Shown here: positions 1 to 13,699 of the stretch, one piece after another
Layout of the letters: each line of letters opens with the position of its first letter
Position numbering within the stretch: the stretch's first letter is position 1
Assembly (NCBI GenBank): GCA_043228905.1
Contig: JBHGNT010000022.1
Location: forward strand, 9,176,001 to 9,240,000
Length of the DNA: 64,000 nt
Origin: Azolla caroliniana
Lineage: Eukaryota > Plantae > Polypodiophyta
Direction of reading: 5' to 3'
Notes under the pieces: model-generated
Told to the model about the DNA's origin: nothing
Seen by the model: the letters and a program-made list of their open reading frames with translations, nothing else
Database searches by the model: none
Made by a program: the position numbers and the translations under genes

Positions 1-849
1 CAGGACGAGCGATATATCTACCGAGACCAGGATAACGACCGACCGCGATCCCCGGATCGACGACGCCGAGACGACGACTATCGACGTGATGACCGCCGTG
101 ATCATTATCGCGATGACCGGCACGACGATTATGCTCGATATGATGACGATCGCGATGACCGGTATGACCGACGGAACTCACGCATTGATCGGCAAAACGG
201 CAACCGCAACACACGCAACAATAGAAGACCTAATGACAACCGCCAACGGGAGGCTCCTCAAAATGACCAGCGCAACTCCAACGCACCTTGGAACAACCCA
301 CCACCAAACGAGATCGAGAATCAACAACAACAGCTTCCACACACAGACCGAGCAGACAGTAGCAGCTCGGCCAATGTGACATGTTTTAAATGTAATCAAC
401 CAGGCCACTACGCCACGCAATGTCCGACAACCAACCGTGGCAAGGCACCCGCGGTGGACAATATCATGGCCGATGTTCAAACGGTCACTACTTGGAGTAA
501 AGCACAGACTACTCAGTGGCAAATCCAGGATGAAGTACGTTAGGCAGCAAAAGAATGGATTGACACGGCCAATAAAAATAATGCCGTACGCATGCAAACT
601 GACATGAGAGACGGGCCCAGTGAAGTGCCACAAACCTCGACACCATCCACGTCGTCGGAGGACGACCAACTATGGGATGTTCTTACCAACTCCCGCATCT
701 CGCTGCCCCTACATAAACTGCTACCACTCATGCCGAGATTTCGGGACACCCTGGCGGCACTCCAGGCCAATACTAAGCCCGTGACGCCACCGGTACACCT
801 CACCGAAGCAGGAACCGGTCCACCACTCATGGATTCTTAGAACCCAGCC

Positions 850-3800
850 GTGCGAATCATCATTAAGGGACAAGACCTGCACGGATGCATCATCGACGGC
901 GGATCCGGCGTAAATGTTATTAGTGAGTCAACGTGTCTCAACCTCGGCTTGAATCAATGGGAACCATGCCCCTTTTGGCTTCGGATGGCCGACACCCACT
1001 CCGTTCGCCCCATTGGTTTAATCCGCCATCTCAACTTCACACTCGGAGGCCACATGTTCACGATCTCGGCTGTCGTGCTAAGACTGGAGACACAAGGCGC
1101 CTACCCACTGTTACTAGGTCGACCATGGTTGCATATAGCGAATATCAAGCAACATTGGCAACGCAACATGATCTCGTTCCGAAGAGGCAAGACAAAAGTC
1201 CGCATCATCACTGAAGAACGAGTCCCCGTCGCCCTCAACACTTCGCCATTATACGCGGAAGGGGTCCATATGCTTGACGGTTTGGCCGATGAGGAGGTCG
1301 ATGACTTCCTAGATGATCATCCCACGATCATCCCTCTCTTCGAAATAGATGCCTTACCAACCATCGAGCCATCTAAAGATGAGGAAGTCACGGAGGAGTC
1401 ACCACCCCAAGATGAACCAGATCCAACCACAGTTGCCGAGCTACGTCATGCTCGGGAGGCTTTCGAACACGAACTCGCCATTTCACAACGAGTGAAAGCA
1501 TCAACCCTGGAAACAATAAACCTTGGTTCGGACGAGAATCCCCGTACGTTACAAATTGCCAATAATCTACCAACCGGAGAACGGGCATGCCTCGTAAAAT
1601 TGCTCACCGACTACCAGGATGTTTTCACTTGGTCTTACACGGATATGAAGGGGATGGATCCTCAATACTACCAACATCAAATTCATATCTTACCCGACAC
1701 TCGGCCGGTTTAGCAGAGGCGCTACAGGATGAACCCCAACTACGCAGCTAAAGTCAAAGAGGAAATCGACAAACTACTCCGAGTGGGCTTCATTCGCCCT
1801 GTTAAACGGGCCACGTGGTTGAGCCCGATCGTAGTGGTCCCAAAGAAGAACGGAAAAATCCGTGTCTGCGTCGACTATCGGAAGCTTAACGTGGCAACAG
1901 TCACCGACGGTTTCCCTCTCCCATTCACGGATAGCGTCCTCGACACGGTAGCTAGCCACGAATGCTACATTTTCCTCGACGGGTTCAACGGCTATAACCA
2001 GATAAGAATGCACCCAGAGGATCAGGAGAAAACCGCTTTCGTCACGGAATGGGGTGTTTTTGTAGCAGAAGTTATGATGTTCGGTCTAAAAACGGCGCCG
2101 GCTACGTTCCAACGCATCATCACCGAAATCTTTCATGACTACATCCCGACGTTCATGCAAGTCTTTCTCGACGATTTCGCCGTGTATGGCCATCGACGGG
2201 AACACATGACCCAGTTACGACTCTGCCTGGACCGATGTCGCCAAGCTCGATTGAGTTTAAACCCGGCGAAATGCGCGTTCTTAGTCACCAGCGGCAACCT
2301 TCTCGGCCACATTGTCAGTCAAGAAGGCATCGCTATGGACCCAGATAAAGTAAAGGCAATCCTGAATGCCACCGCACCCTCGAACGCTAAGGCACTAAGC
2401 CATTTTTTGGGACAGATCCGGTGGCACAGCCGAATGATACGACACCTGGCCGATTTCGCGACACCTTTACACGCGGCAGTCCATCGCCTTCCTTTCCAAT
2501 GGACGTCAATCGAGGACACGGCCTATTAGACCCTGAAACGAATGCTGTCACATGCCCCGGTGGTCCAGTCCCCGGTTTGGTCCGAACCATTTCATGTCTT
2601 CGTAGATGCTTCAAACATCGCCATCGGAAGTGCCCTGATGCAATGCACACCCCCAAATTGGTGTAGGCCCGTGTACTACGCTAGCCGACGACTCTCGACC
2701 GCGGAAAAGAATTACTCGACCACCGAGCGGGAGGCCCTCGGTATGATTTATAGCATCAATAAATTTCGGCATTACCTCTTGGGCCGAAAATTTACCTTTC
2801 ACGTGGATCACTCGGCCCTTCTTTATTTGGTCAATAAACAAGCCCTCACCGGACGGTTGGCTCGGTGGATGCTCCTACTACAAGAGTTTGATTTCCAGAT
2901 TCAGCATCGACCCGGGGTACAACATGCCGTCGCCGACTACTTGAGCCGTCTTGAGTCAGGGGAACCGGCGAAAACAACGTATGACGAGCTACCGGACGCC
3001 AACCTATTTAACCTGACCATGATACCAGATGATAACGGAGATGAATGGATCACGGAGATGACCCATTTTCTCACTACCGGTGTACCTCTCGAGCACATGA
3101 CCCTTGACACGAGAAAACGCCTAGCAGTGCGTAGCCGGAATTTTTGCCTCGTCTCGGACATTCTCTACCACAAAGGCTCGAACGGCATATGGCGCCGAGC
3201 GATTCGGCAATTCGAGAAGAACGCCGTTCTTTAGGAAGCCCACCAGGGAGTAGCTGGGGGGCACTACGCCGGGGATTCCACGGCAAGGAAAGTTTGGCAA
3301 AGTGGATTGTGGTGGCCGACAACGAAGAAAGACGCTCACGAGTTTTGCCGGCAGTGCGATTTGTGCCAACGACTGGGGCAACCAATGGAACAGTCACGGA
3401 TGCCACACCAGCCGATTCTTCCGTTGGACCCATTTCAAAAATGGGGTTTGGATTTTGTAGGCCCTTTCAAACCACCCGCGGCCCGAACAGGGAATAGGTA
3501 TATTATCGTTGCCACGGATTACTGCACCAAATGGGTCGAGGCTAAGGCACTCCGAGATAACACGATGGCATCCACGGCTAAATTCGTGTACGAGCACCTC
3601 TGGTGCCGTTACGGATGCCCAATCGAGCTTGTTAGTGATCAAGGTGGGCACTTCATCAATCATATAATACGTGAGCTTACACACCACTACACGGTGGTGC
3701 ACAAGAAAAACACACCATACTACCTGCAGGCGAACGGCTTGGCGGAATCGACCAATAAAATCCTCCAAACCATACTGAAGAAGATCGTCAATGAAAACAA

Positions 3801-4383
3801 GACCGATTGGGATGACAAACTCCAGAGCGCGCTGTGGGCGTATTGTACGACTTTCAAAGCAAGCATCCAATCAACCCCCTTTCGAATGGTGTTCGGGTTA
3901 GAAGCCGTAATGCCCGTCGAGTTCCAAGTCCCGAGCCTCCGAGTTCAAGTCAAAGCACGGCTCCCCGAGGTCCAATTCGAGCAATACCGGCTGGAACAAC
4001 TCCTCGAACTCGGCGAAGATAGGATAGAGAGTATGGCCCAGCTCGAACAACGCCAAGGCAACGCAAGGCTTTCGTGGATCGACATCGACACGGGCTGGAG
4101 AAGGAGCTCACCATCGGCAAACCAGTTCTTCTTTTTCAAACACGACTCGGGTCAATGCCAGGAAAATTAAGATTTCGGTGGACTGGTTCATTCTGGATTA
4201 TCGACGAGTTCAACGGGACGTTCCAGCTCGGCACACTCGCCGGCGACACTGTCAAAAGCTGGGCCAATGGTTTCCGACTTTGACCATATCGAGGGACTAC
4301 ACCACCCAACCCGTTTACCGAGCCACACGGCACAAACGAGTTTCGGGAGACCACCACGGAGGAGGCCACGTGTCCCCCTGAAT
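850..4383 (+). pseudogene. Gypsy pol polyprotein (PR-RT-RNaseH-IN), disrupted
   Basis: Same-frame ORFs 850-1713, 1729-2529, 2542-3234 and 3307-4170 separated by single stops. A frameshift leads into the IN C-terminus (4074-4283, GKLRFRWTG). Confidence 0.92.
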
Positions 4384-4907
4384 AAGGACTCACCCACCTT
4401 CTTGAAATTAATAAAAGTAGCAGTAGGTAGGATTAACCATAGTTTAGCCACCGATTAGCTACACCTACACCACCCACCTAGGCACTCACAATTTTAGGAG
4501 CACCCCTCGCCACCACTCATTTAGTACCTATTTAAGCACATGCAAAGCACTAGAAGCACCCCACTCACCTTCAGGACACGTGGTGCTAGTCACTTATTAT
4601 GGCACCCACGACTCAGAATCTTCAGGATTTGCTTCAGGCACAAAACCCTAGGAGCAAGTTACTAAAACCGTTTCCAAAACGCAGCACAGACACAGAAGTT
4701 CATTATCGCTCCCCATCTCCATCGCTCTCAAGCTTAGAAACCCCGTCTCGCTCTTATCGCGCTAAACGCTCTTGCTCTCAAGCCCTCTTTCGCTCTCATA
4801 ACCCCTCTGCTGGACTTCCCCTTCCTGCTGTTCCTCCTGTGTCTTGCCCTCGCCTCATCACTCTTCTTCACGCTTCCAAATAGTCGAACCCCGTCTCCAT
4901 CTACACC

Positions 4908-5883
4908 ATGCCTCTTACCGCTTCAATAGAAACCTGTGCCTGGCTCGAGGAACGAGGAATGGGCGGTTACCTGAAGATCATCGATGCCGCCGCGCACCCA
5001 GATGCCCAAAGTTGTGGCTAAACGTATAAGTGCCGAAGCCATCACCAACAACATGCTTCAGGCTGTTTTGGACCTGCAACGGGGAGGGGACCATGAGGTC
5101 GACATACCCTCGGCATCAAAGATGAAAGCGTACTTCGGTGAGTACTCAGCCTCAGGGAAGGCATATCGCACGTATGGCGTTCCCAACAGAGCTTTCAGGG
5201 AGATTGCTCGTATATTAATGGAGTATGCGTTCGCGCATACGAACTCAATGAGCATGCCGCAGAACAAGGCAGCCATCATCATCAACGCATATGAAGGAAA
5301 CAGAATCGATTGGGGAATCATCACAGGCGAGGGACTCCGTGCCGCCTTAGCTTCATTTCAGTCCGGTAAGAAAATGTTGTCTGTTCTTACCCACTTTTTG
5401 ATGGTTCTATACCCACCCTCTTCTCTTCCTTCCCCTCGCACACTCACGTCCCCACCACCACCACGAAGGCAGAGAGAGAAATTCGTTGCCATTAGCCACG
5501 AAGCATGGGAGGAGCCCACATCGCCTTCACCTCCTGCCGCTGACCAAAACCCCGCGTCTGCACCACCACCCACCCAACCCCAACAAAAAAGGGTAGTTTC
5601 CGAGATTTGCCAAGAATGGGAGGAGGAGGTAGCCGCGGAAGACAACACGGCCGATAACGTCACTATTCGACAGCCAACGTCGCGCTCCTCGGTAAGTTTT
5701 CCCCAGGGCCTAGTCCACGCCCCAACACACAGCAAGCTGCACCACCACGACCCCAGAAAAGGAAGCAGGTGGAGGAAACGACACTACCGGCCCCGGAACC
5801 CCAAACACAACCGAGCAAGAGAAGACGACTCAACCGCGAGTCCTCGGAAGAACAGAAAGAGCCACAACATGAGCAAGCCTTAG
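4908..5883 (+). pseudogene. extra ORF downstream of Gypsy pol, function unknown
   Basis: ORF 4984-5883 (299 aa) has a globular N-terminal half (IDWGIIT motif) and a Pro/Glu-rich tail. Its position after IN is typical of Athila/Tat accessory ORFs. Confidence 0.6.
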
Positions 5884-5945
5884 TTGTCAGACAAAGCAAC
5901 CAGGCCATCATCCCTGAGGAGGCATCGCTGAACCAGGGAAAGATC

Positions 5946-7813
5946 GAGGAGACCTTTGCCCCGGTGGCAAAGATGATGACGGTCCGGACCGTAATTGCAC
6001 TTGCCGCGGTGAAAGGGTGGCACCTGCATCAAATGGATGTCAAGAACGTCTTTCTACAAGGCGAATTAGAAGAGGTGTACATGATACAATCACCTGGTTT
6101 CAACATGAGCACCCATCTGAAAGCTGTATGCCGACTCAAGAAGCCACTCTATGGCCTCAAGCAAGCACCGCATGCTTGGCATTTGAAGATAATGCAATAT
6201 CTTCATCAAATCGGCTTCCGTATGTCAAAATTGAACAACTCCCTCTACATACGAAGCGATTCCGCAAGTCCGATCGTTATCATCTTATATGTGGATGACC
6301 TAGTCATTGGAGGTGAGAACCTCGTCGAAATCAGTAAGGTCAAATCCCTCCTTTCCGACAAGTTCGAGATGACGGACATGAAGGAGCTCCACTACTTCCT
6401 CGGCATCGAGGTAATTCGGACTCCGGCCGGAATCATGATTTCTCAATGTCACTACATCCTCAACTTGTTATACAAGTTCGGAATGGCTGAGTGCAAATCT
6501 GCAGCAACCCCGCTCGATCGGAATCTCAAACTAGATGCGAACTCCGACACCAAAGCGTGTGAGCCGACTCAGTATCAGCAACTCATCGGGAATCTTATCT
6601 ATCTCACGATCACACGACCCGATCTCAGTTATCCGGTCGGTCTCCTTAGCCAATTCATGCAAACACCACATGATACTCACTTGGATTGCGCTATGCGAGT
6701 TCTACGCTACGTGAGCGGCACAATGGATTGCGGCATCCTCTACAAGACCACGATGCCAATACGACTCGAAGGGTACACAGACGCCGATTGGGCCGGCTAC
6801 AAAGCCGATAGAAGATCAAACTCTGGATTTGTTTTCTCCCTCGGCAGCGAAGCAATCTCCTGGAGCAGCAAAAAGCAACCAACTGTCGCTCTTTTGAGCA
6901 TAGGGGCGAAATACTAGAGCGCGGCAATGGCCACATGTGAAGCCGTATGGCTCAAATGGATACTCAAGGATCTGGGCGTACCCATCAAGGATCCGACTTC
7001 TCTTTACTGTGACAACATCAGCAACATTTATCTGGCTCGGAACCCGATGTTCCACGCATGGACAAAGCACATCGAAGTGCACTATCACTTCATCCGAGAG
7101 CGCGTCCTAGTTGGCGATGTCAACCTACAACACATTAGAACAAATTTTCAAACAACCGACATCTTCACTAAAGCCTTAGGAGCCGACAAGCTATGGCAAT
7201 TCATGACCGATCTCAGATTGACGATACCTGACCTGCCAAGCTTGAGGGGGAGTACTGAAGACACTACGCAATAACGCGTAGATTCCACAATCGCGCACTA
7301 CGCAATAACGCGTGGATTCCGCAACCACGCAACGAAGCCGCGAAGAAAGACGCAAGCCGAAGCACAGACTTCGCAACTACGCACAACGCAAGCTGGAGCA
7401 CGGATTCCGCAACTCCGCATAAAGCGAGTCGACGCACACTGCGGAGCGCGAGTCGAAGCGGATTTCGAATACTGTCTGAAACGGACCCGACTTGAGCTTG
7501 AGGGGGTGTGTTGAGAATCAAGCTCAACTTGTTCTAGTGTGTGAACTCACCTGAGAGTGAATAGACACTCCAACGGTCAAGAGTCACCATTATGTCACTA
7601 CTTTGTATTCTAGCATTTAGTATGAGTCATAGAATCATATTCTATGACACATAACTTATGAACTTTCACATTCCCCATGCTCCACGAGTCTTGTAGTTAA
7701 TGAAGAGAGAGGCTGACTATATAATGCACCCTCCTCCCACCTTGTATGATGTTGAGTCTTTCTCCTGTGTTAATATAATCTACGTTGCGTATACTCTGTG
7801 TCTTACTCCTTGT

Positions 7814-7901
<88 letters not shown>

Positions 7902-7957
7902 CACACACATAACTCACATCTCTTCCGCTTCACAAGAATCATATCCGATTCTTTACA
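5946..7957 (+). mobile_element. Ty1/Copia 3' fragment (RT-RNase H, PPT, 3' LTR)
   Basis: [35 protein letters not shown] and [12 protein letters not shown] motifs. PPT-like TTGAGGGGG precedes the LTR. Highly similar to 54960-56941. Confidence 0.95.
7509..7957 (+). repeat. Copia 3' LTR containing (CA)n(CT)n microsatellite
   Basis: TGTTGAGAATC...CTTTACA termini; homologous to LTRs at 45638-46029 and 56532-56941. Confidence 0.93.
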
Positions 7958-9641
7958 AGTCATATAATTCCTTCAAGTGTAACACTTTTGGGCGTGGTGT
8001 ATATGCATCACAAAGGACATCAAATAGTTTTGGTAATGTGAAAGCATCATGCCGAGACAACTGTCTAGAGAATGTGCTAAACATCTGATCTATATGATCA
8101 TGTGTGTGGCCAACTAAAAGAAAATTGACTTTCACTTTTCTAAACAATCCTTGGTTGACCAACATACATAGATAGCCAAACATAGTTGAATTTTTGTTCT
8201 CTCTAGTAGTATTGTCCAATTGAATGTATAGAACAGGGGGGAACGGTTGGCCCCAAGACATCAAAACTCGGTGAATCATTGTAATTGTTAGGTTAGGGTC
8301 ATTGTGAACATTGCGGTATGTAATGAAGACGTGAGGTCCAACAGACCTATTATAAGCCAAGAATCCCACCAAGTGCATTTGAACAAGGTACTCATCATTG
8401 ATGTCTTTGGGGAGACTCCGCATATGCGGCAAGCACGTCTTCTTCTGGTCCATGCCATCTATCATTAAGCACATGTATTGTTCGGGCCTCTTCAAACACT
8501 TCTCTCTATGATGCATTGCCTTCTTTCGTTCTAACGATTGTGCCTCACGATGCTCATGTAGTAACTTCTTACTCATATCCTTTTCCATTGAAGTCTTTGC
8601 ACCTTTGGCCAAACTTTTAAGATTTGCACAAATGGAGCAATACCCCATGCATACTTTACACGAAATGATAACATTTGAAAACCGAGCTCTCCATAATCTT
8701 GTGAATTGGCTATATGTGACTGATTTATTACTTGAGCCCACCATATCTGATCGATAGACATCATAAACTTCCCGACGTGTGTAATTATCAGAGAGGTGCA
8801 TTCTACCTATAGTGGGCATTACTTCACAATTTAACTGAAAGTAACTTCTCATCCAACCAATAACATTTCTTCCAATTGCACCTTTCATACTAGGAACCTC
8901 TTTACAATTGAGCATCTGATCCCCGTTAAGTAGACGTTGTTGTACTCTATGTAGCCGCATGTTACTAACACATAACACAATTTTAAAGGCAACTCTACAG
9001 ATTTGTTGCGCATGGAAGATATAATACTCGAATGATACTTTGATCCCCGTACGTTTGTCAAACACTAGTTGCGTATGTGACCTGAGGTAAGTGTCTTGCT
9101 CATCACTAGTCATCGAAAAATAACATCGCCTTAATTCTCGCAACTTTGATTTTCCAATCATAGACATACAACCACGGGCACAACATATTTTGTTGACATA
9201 AAATCCAATCTGCTTATTTGATGTCACCAAGTTAAATCTGTCTAGACGAATTCTACGTGGGATTATTCTAATATGCATAGGGCTTTCAGATTTCTCTTCA
9301 TGCATAGAAGTTGGGGTAACCTTGTAACAATCCAATTCTTTGTTGTCACCATCGCCCATGATCTTCGATGTTTCATTGGCACAACCTTCATTCTCCATAT
9401 CTTTATTAATATCGTATTCTTCAATAAAGAACTCTTCACATGTGTCATTATTCACATATATTTTAGGTGAAGATGAGCTCATGCAATACTCTTCGATAGA
9501 AATGGGTGAGTCTGTCGACAGACAATATTCTTCGATAGAAAATGGCGAGTCTGTTGACAGACAATACCCTCCTTTGGTAGAAAATGAAGAGTTTGATGAC
9601 AAACAATATTCTTCAATTGAGAATGGTGAATCTTCACTCAT
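7958..9641 (-). pseudogene. Sola-like (Sola1/DUF7869-type) DDD transposase, C-terminus cut off by Copia LTR
   Basis: 562-aa stop-free ORF with a Cys-rich N-terminal block (CCARGC...ICRVAF), a CSIC motif and putative catalytic Asp motifs LMIDGMDQ, IQLDNTTRENKN and FLLVGHTHDHIDQMFS. The ORF runs straight into the Copia LTR end at 7957. Confidence 0.75.
9478..9641 (-). repeat. in-frame ~36-bp repeats at the transposase N-terminus
   Basis: Translation shows DSPFSIEEYCLS-like units about 4 times. Confidence 0.75.
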
Positions 9642-11676
9642 GGCTTAAATTCCACACAGAGCTCTTCAAGTTATGTGCTTGGGCTAATATAAAAAATGAT
9701 AAGCTCTCTAAACATAAGCTCCCTCAATTTAATGTCTATATTATTTAATATTATATTAATACAATAAAAAAAGATATTATTTTTAATATAATACTTTTAT
9801 TCAACATTTTAATAACTACTTAAACTAGTTAGTATAAAGTCCATCAATTATATTTTATACCTTATTAATCCTATAATATATAATTTAAATTAAATTTACT
9901 TTAGCCATCCAGTATAATATTACTAAATATATGGAGGCAAAAATATGTAAGTTTAATCCCAATAATTAGGGCAATAATATTCTCCACGTTGTTGTGCCTT
10001 GCGGTGCCGGATCGTTGCGTGAGTCGGGTAAGAACTGCTGGGGTTTTGGACTAGCAGGAGGAAGAATTTGAGACGAGTATAGTTATGAATAGAATTTAAG
10101 AAAGAGAGATAGAAACCTCGTGAATCCCACAAGTATAATGTATTTTATTAGATTAATTAATATAAATATAAGAATATGAATTTGGATTGAAAGAGAAAGA
10201 TATAGAAACCTCGTGAATCCCACGAGTATAGTTTATTTTGTGAATCCCACGAATATAATTTATTAATTGGTGTTTTTAGAAATATATCTAATTTCCAAGG
10301 TTTTCCTACACCTATTACATTGTGCTCCCCATCCTTATATAGTGATGAGAGAGTCTTAGCAACCCATGCTTTTTCTCTAGCTATAGACTATATGCTTTCT
10401 CTATCTATAGACTATCTAACATGCTTCTTTTAAAAAGTGATCATGCTTTTTTTTTAACCTCATGCGTTTTTATCGACTATAGTGTTCATGCACGTTAAAA
10501 GTGCATGTGTAGCTTTTTTCTATCATGTGTTTTTCTTCTAACTAAAGCTTTTTCCTAGAAAATATACGTGAAAAAACCTTTCTATGTGGTATATCTGCTT
10601 TTCTAACACTTATGATATGTTAGTGTAATGGTAAGGCTTTACATTATTAACATGGAGTTACAAGGTTTGAATCTTGCCCTATGCATGTAATATATATTTT
10701 AATATTTTCTTTTATTTCTTCATGTTCATTGAATCTAGTACTCTATACATTTTTCACGTAGTGTACGAAATACACTACGACACTCACCCCCTCTGAACCC
10801 GCACATCCTCCAGTATGTGCCGAAATTGTCGGAGCTCATTATTCTCCATCCGTAATATCCTCTGTTTGTCCCGCTATGTCGACTTTGGCTCTCAATTTTG
10901 AGCACATCCATTCTTTCCACCCGAACCATTGTCGCCATCCGATCCACCATATTCTTTGTTCTCTCTCGTCATACAATCTCGCGTTAATGTTTATGTTCTT
11001 CCCGTTAGAACCTTCCTTCTTTGTTGAGATCTCATTGTTAGTAACACCCTTCAAATCCGTTTGGCCCTTGTCGTCAGTGGTAGTGTGCTTGCTTAGCCCC
11101 TTCCTCATGTTCACCGGCCTCGATTGTTTCGACCTCCGGTTGAGTCGTATTAGCTCCTTTCCGGATTGGTCTCGTTTGATCGGCTTTCGGCTAGGTCGGT
11201 TTCCATCTGTATCCGCATTAGGCCGAATCAGAATTGGTTGATCGGTTTCAACTGAGTCGGCCCCCTTCCGGTTCGGGTTCGATCGATTAGTCTTGGTTTG
11301 GGTTGACTTCCTTTTCCTCGTGTTCACCGGCATTGACCGGTTCAACCTCTGGTTGAGCCGGATCCGGATTAACTTTTGTCCGGATCGGTCTCGTCCGATC
11401 GGCTTCCGGTTGGAACGATTTCCGTCCGGGTCGGCTCGACCGATCGAATTTCGACCGAATCCACACCCGCTTGGATCAGCTTTCGTTTAGATCGGAATTT
11501 TAAACGGATCATCTTCCATTCGAACTAGCTTACGACTTTGCCTTCCTTGCCGCCATCTCCCATCTCTCCGATCTTACGTTGGTTCTCAGACACAACCGCC
11601 GAAGTCTCTAGAATTAGTGGGCAGGAATCCTCGGTATTATCGTCCTCCGTCGTTTCACCTATAACCACCTTCTCGG

Positions 11677-12764
11677 CTATCTCTCTGTCATATGCATTGG
11701 CTTCAACCTTCGTTTTCTCTCCGCCACCTTCCATTTCTTCGGTCTCACGTTGCCTTTCAAACGCAACGCCGAAATCTTTGGAATTAGCATTGACTCGTCC
11801 ATAGCCACCTCCGATTCAATGTCGTCTTTCGTGGCGACCTCCTCAATCACGTCTGCCTCACACTCTTTATCTCCCTCGATCATGCAAGCATCGATTATGC
11901 TTACCCCTTTTTCTCTCGATGTTTCGGACACTCGTATCCCGAAACCTTCTTCCACCCTTGAAGTGGTGTTCGTCACTCTCAAGTCATCGATCTTATCCTT
12001 AACCATCGTTCTTTCGCAAGACAAGAGGATGTCTTGTTCTATACCCTCTCCCGTAGTACTGATGTATCGTACTTCGGCCTTCGTATCAGCCATATCGTTC
12101 ATCCTTAATCGATCATCCCTTATAGGCCATGTTATTGCCGACGATATTCTCATCTTCCTCTTATCATGTCTTCGGCATACTCTTTCGACTTCAACCCAAT
12201 CCTCGGTAAGACCATTTGCACCGTCATCATCTTCGAGTTCGATCCCAATGTCCATCCTTTCTTTCCGATCAATCGATCTTAGGAACATTAGGACTTTATC
12301 CTCCCCCACCAATCTTTGTTCCTGCTCCGAGAGTCGAGCAAAACGATGCTCAAACTCTAAGAATGCTTGTGTCGCACTTCGGTGGGTCTTCTCCGATGCC
12401 ACCCATTCATCGAACTCGCGTCGATCTCATCCCTTCGATCTCTTGTAGTCATATGCCTCTTGTAAAGCTTCTTCAAAGGACCCCCATGTCGGGTTTTGTT
12501 GTCACATCTTGTGGATTCTCTCTTGTAGCTCATCCGTGGCCACCCGATTGAGGATATCACATGCAATCGTTCTGGTATCTCACATTGCATCATCTCCGCT
12601 TTGTAGTCACGTAGATAGTGTGACACATCCTTTCCGTTGAATTGTCTGTTTCGTTGTACGAGGCGCTTTACTGCCACCGTGATCTCCGACATCGCTCGTT
12701 GTTCTCGTAGCATCCGCTCGAACATCATCATCATCGTTTTCATTGCCTCTTGTTGATTCTCCAT
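11677..12764 (-). pseudogene. degenerate gag of the non-autonomous element
   Basis: ORFs 12357-12851 and 11677-12402 align by eye with gag at 48388-49182 (EFEHRFARLS vs EFEERFARLS). Confidence 0.8.
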
Positions 12765-12780
12765 CTCCTTACCACTTGTC

Positions 12781-12798
12781 TTCACGTCGGGTTCACCA
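12781..12798 (-). other. primer binding site complementary to tRNA-Trp
   Basis: The plus strand reads TTCACGTCGGGTTCACCA, the 3' 18 nt of plant cytosolic tRNA-Trp as I recall it. It lies 4 nt inside the 5' LTR. Confidence 0.85.
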
Positions 12799-13699
12799 CT
12801 TGTGTCGTGCCTTTCGGCGCCGGATCGTTGCGTGAGTCGGGTGGGAACCACTGGGGTTTTGGACTAGGAGGAGGAAGAATTTGAGACGAGTATAGTTATG
12901 AATAGAATTTAAGAAAGAGAGATAGAAACCTCGTGAATCCCACAAGTATAATGTATTTTATTAGATTAATCAATATAAATATAAGAATATGAATTTGGAT
13001 TGAAAGAGAAAGATATAGAAACATCGTGAATCCCACAAGTATAGTTTATTAATTGGTGTTTTTAGAAATATATCCAATTTCCAAAGTTTTCCCACACCTA
13101 TTACATTGTGCTCCCCATCCTTATATAGTGATGAGAGAGTCTTAGCAACTCATGCTTTTTTTCTAGCTATAGACTATATGCTTTCTCTATCTATAGACTA
13201 TCTAACATGCTTCTTTTAAAAAGTGATCATGCTTTTTTTTTAACCTCATGTGTTTTTATCGACTATAGTGTTCATGCACGTTAAAAGTGCATGTGTAGCT
13301 TTTTTCTATCATGTGTTTTTCTTCTAACTAAAGATTTTTCCTAGAATATATACGTGAAAAAACCTTTGTATATGGTATATCTGCTTTTAACACTTATGAT
13401 GTGTTAGTGTAATGGTGAGGCTTTACATTATTAACATGGAGGTACAAGGTTCAAATCATGTCCTATGCATGTAATATATATTTTAATATTTTCTTTTATT
13501 TCTTCATGTTCATTGAATCTAGTACTCTATACATTTTTCACGTAGTGTACGAAATACACTACGACAACGTGTAGGCCTACTTGGTACTCCTAAACAATTT
13601 AGTATAGAATATACATATATTATATACATTCAATTTTTATATACATATTGTATATATTTACAATCATTACCAAGCCATATATATGTTGGTTTAAAGTTA

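Larger units (their letters stand above)
1..5945 (+). mobile_element. Ty3/Gypsy LTR retrotransposon (non-chromovirus, Athila/Tat-like), begins upstream of the window, 3' LTR missing
   Basis: Gag zinc knuckle CFKCNQPGHYATQC (~382-423), protease IIDGGSGVNVI, RT (FLDGFNGYNQI, FLDD), RNase H (VDAS...YSTTERE) and integrase (WGLDFVGP, SDQG, NGLAESTN) in gag-PR-RT-RH-IN order. Several TAG stops. Confidence 0.93.
9990..13566 (-). mobile_element. non-autonomous Gypsy derivative (LARD/TR-GAG-like: gag only, no pol)
   Basis: LTRs 9990-10782 and 12803-13566 (TGTYG...CGACA), 4-bp TSD ACGT, tRNA-Trp PBS at 12781-12798 and PPT at ~10783-10795. Gag (FNGKDVSHYLRDYKAEM) is homologous to that of the element at 47722. 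No RT or IN motifs. Confidence 0.9.

Noticed and set aside
5769-6917. 382-aa ORF as a real gene
   Set aside because: It is a chance in-frame fusion of a Gypsy accessory region and Copia RT.
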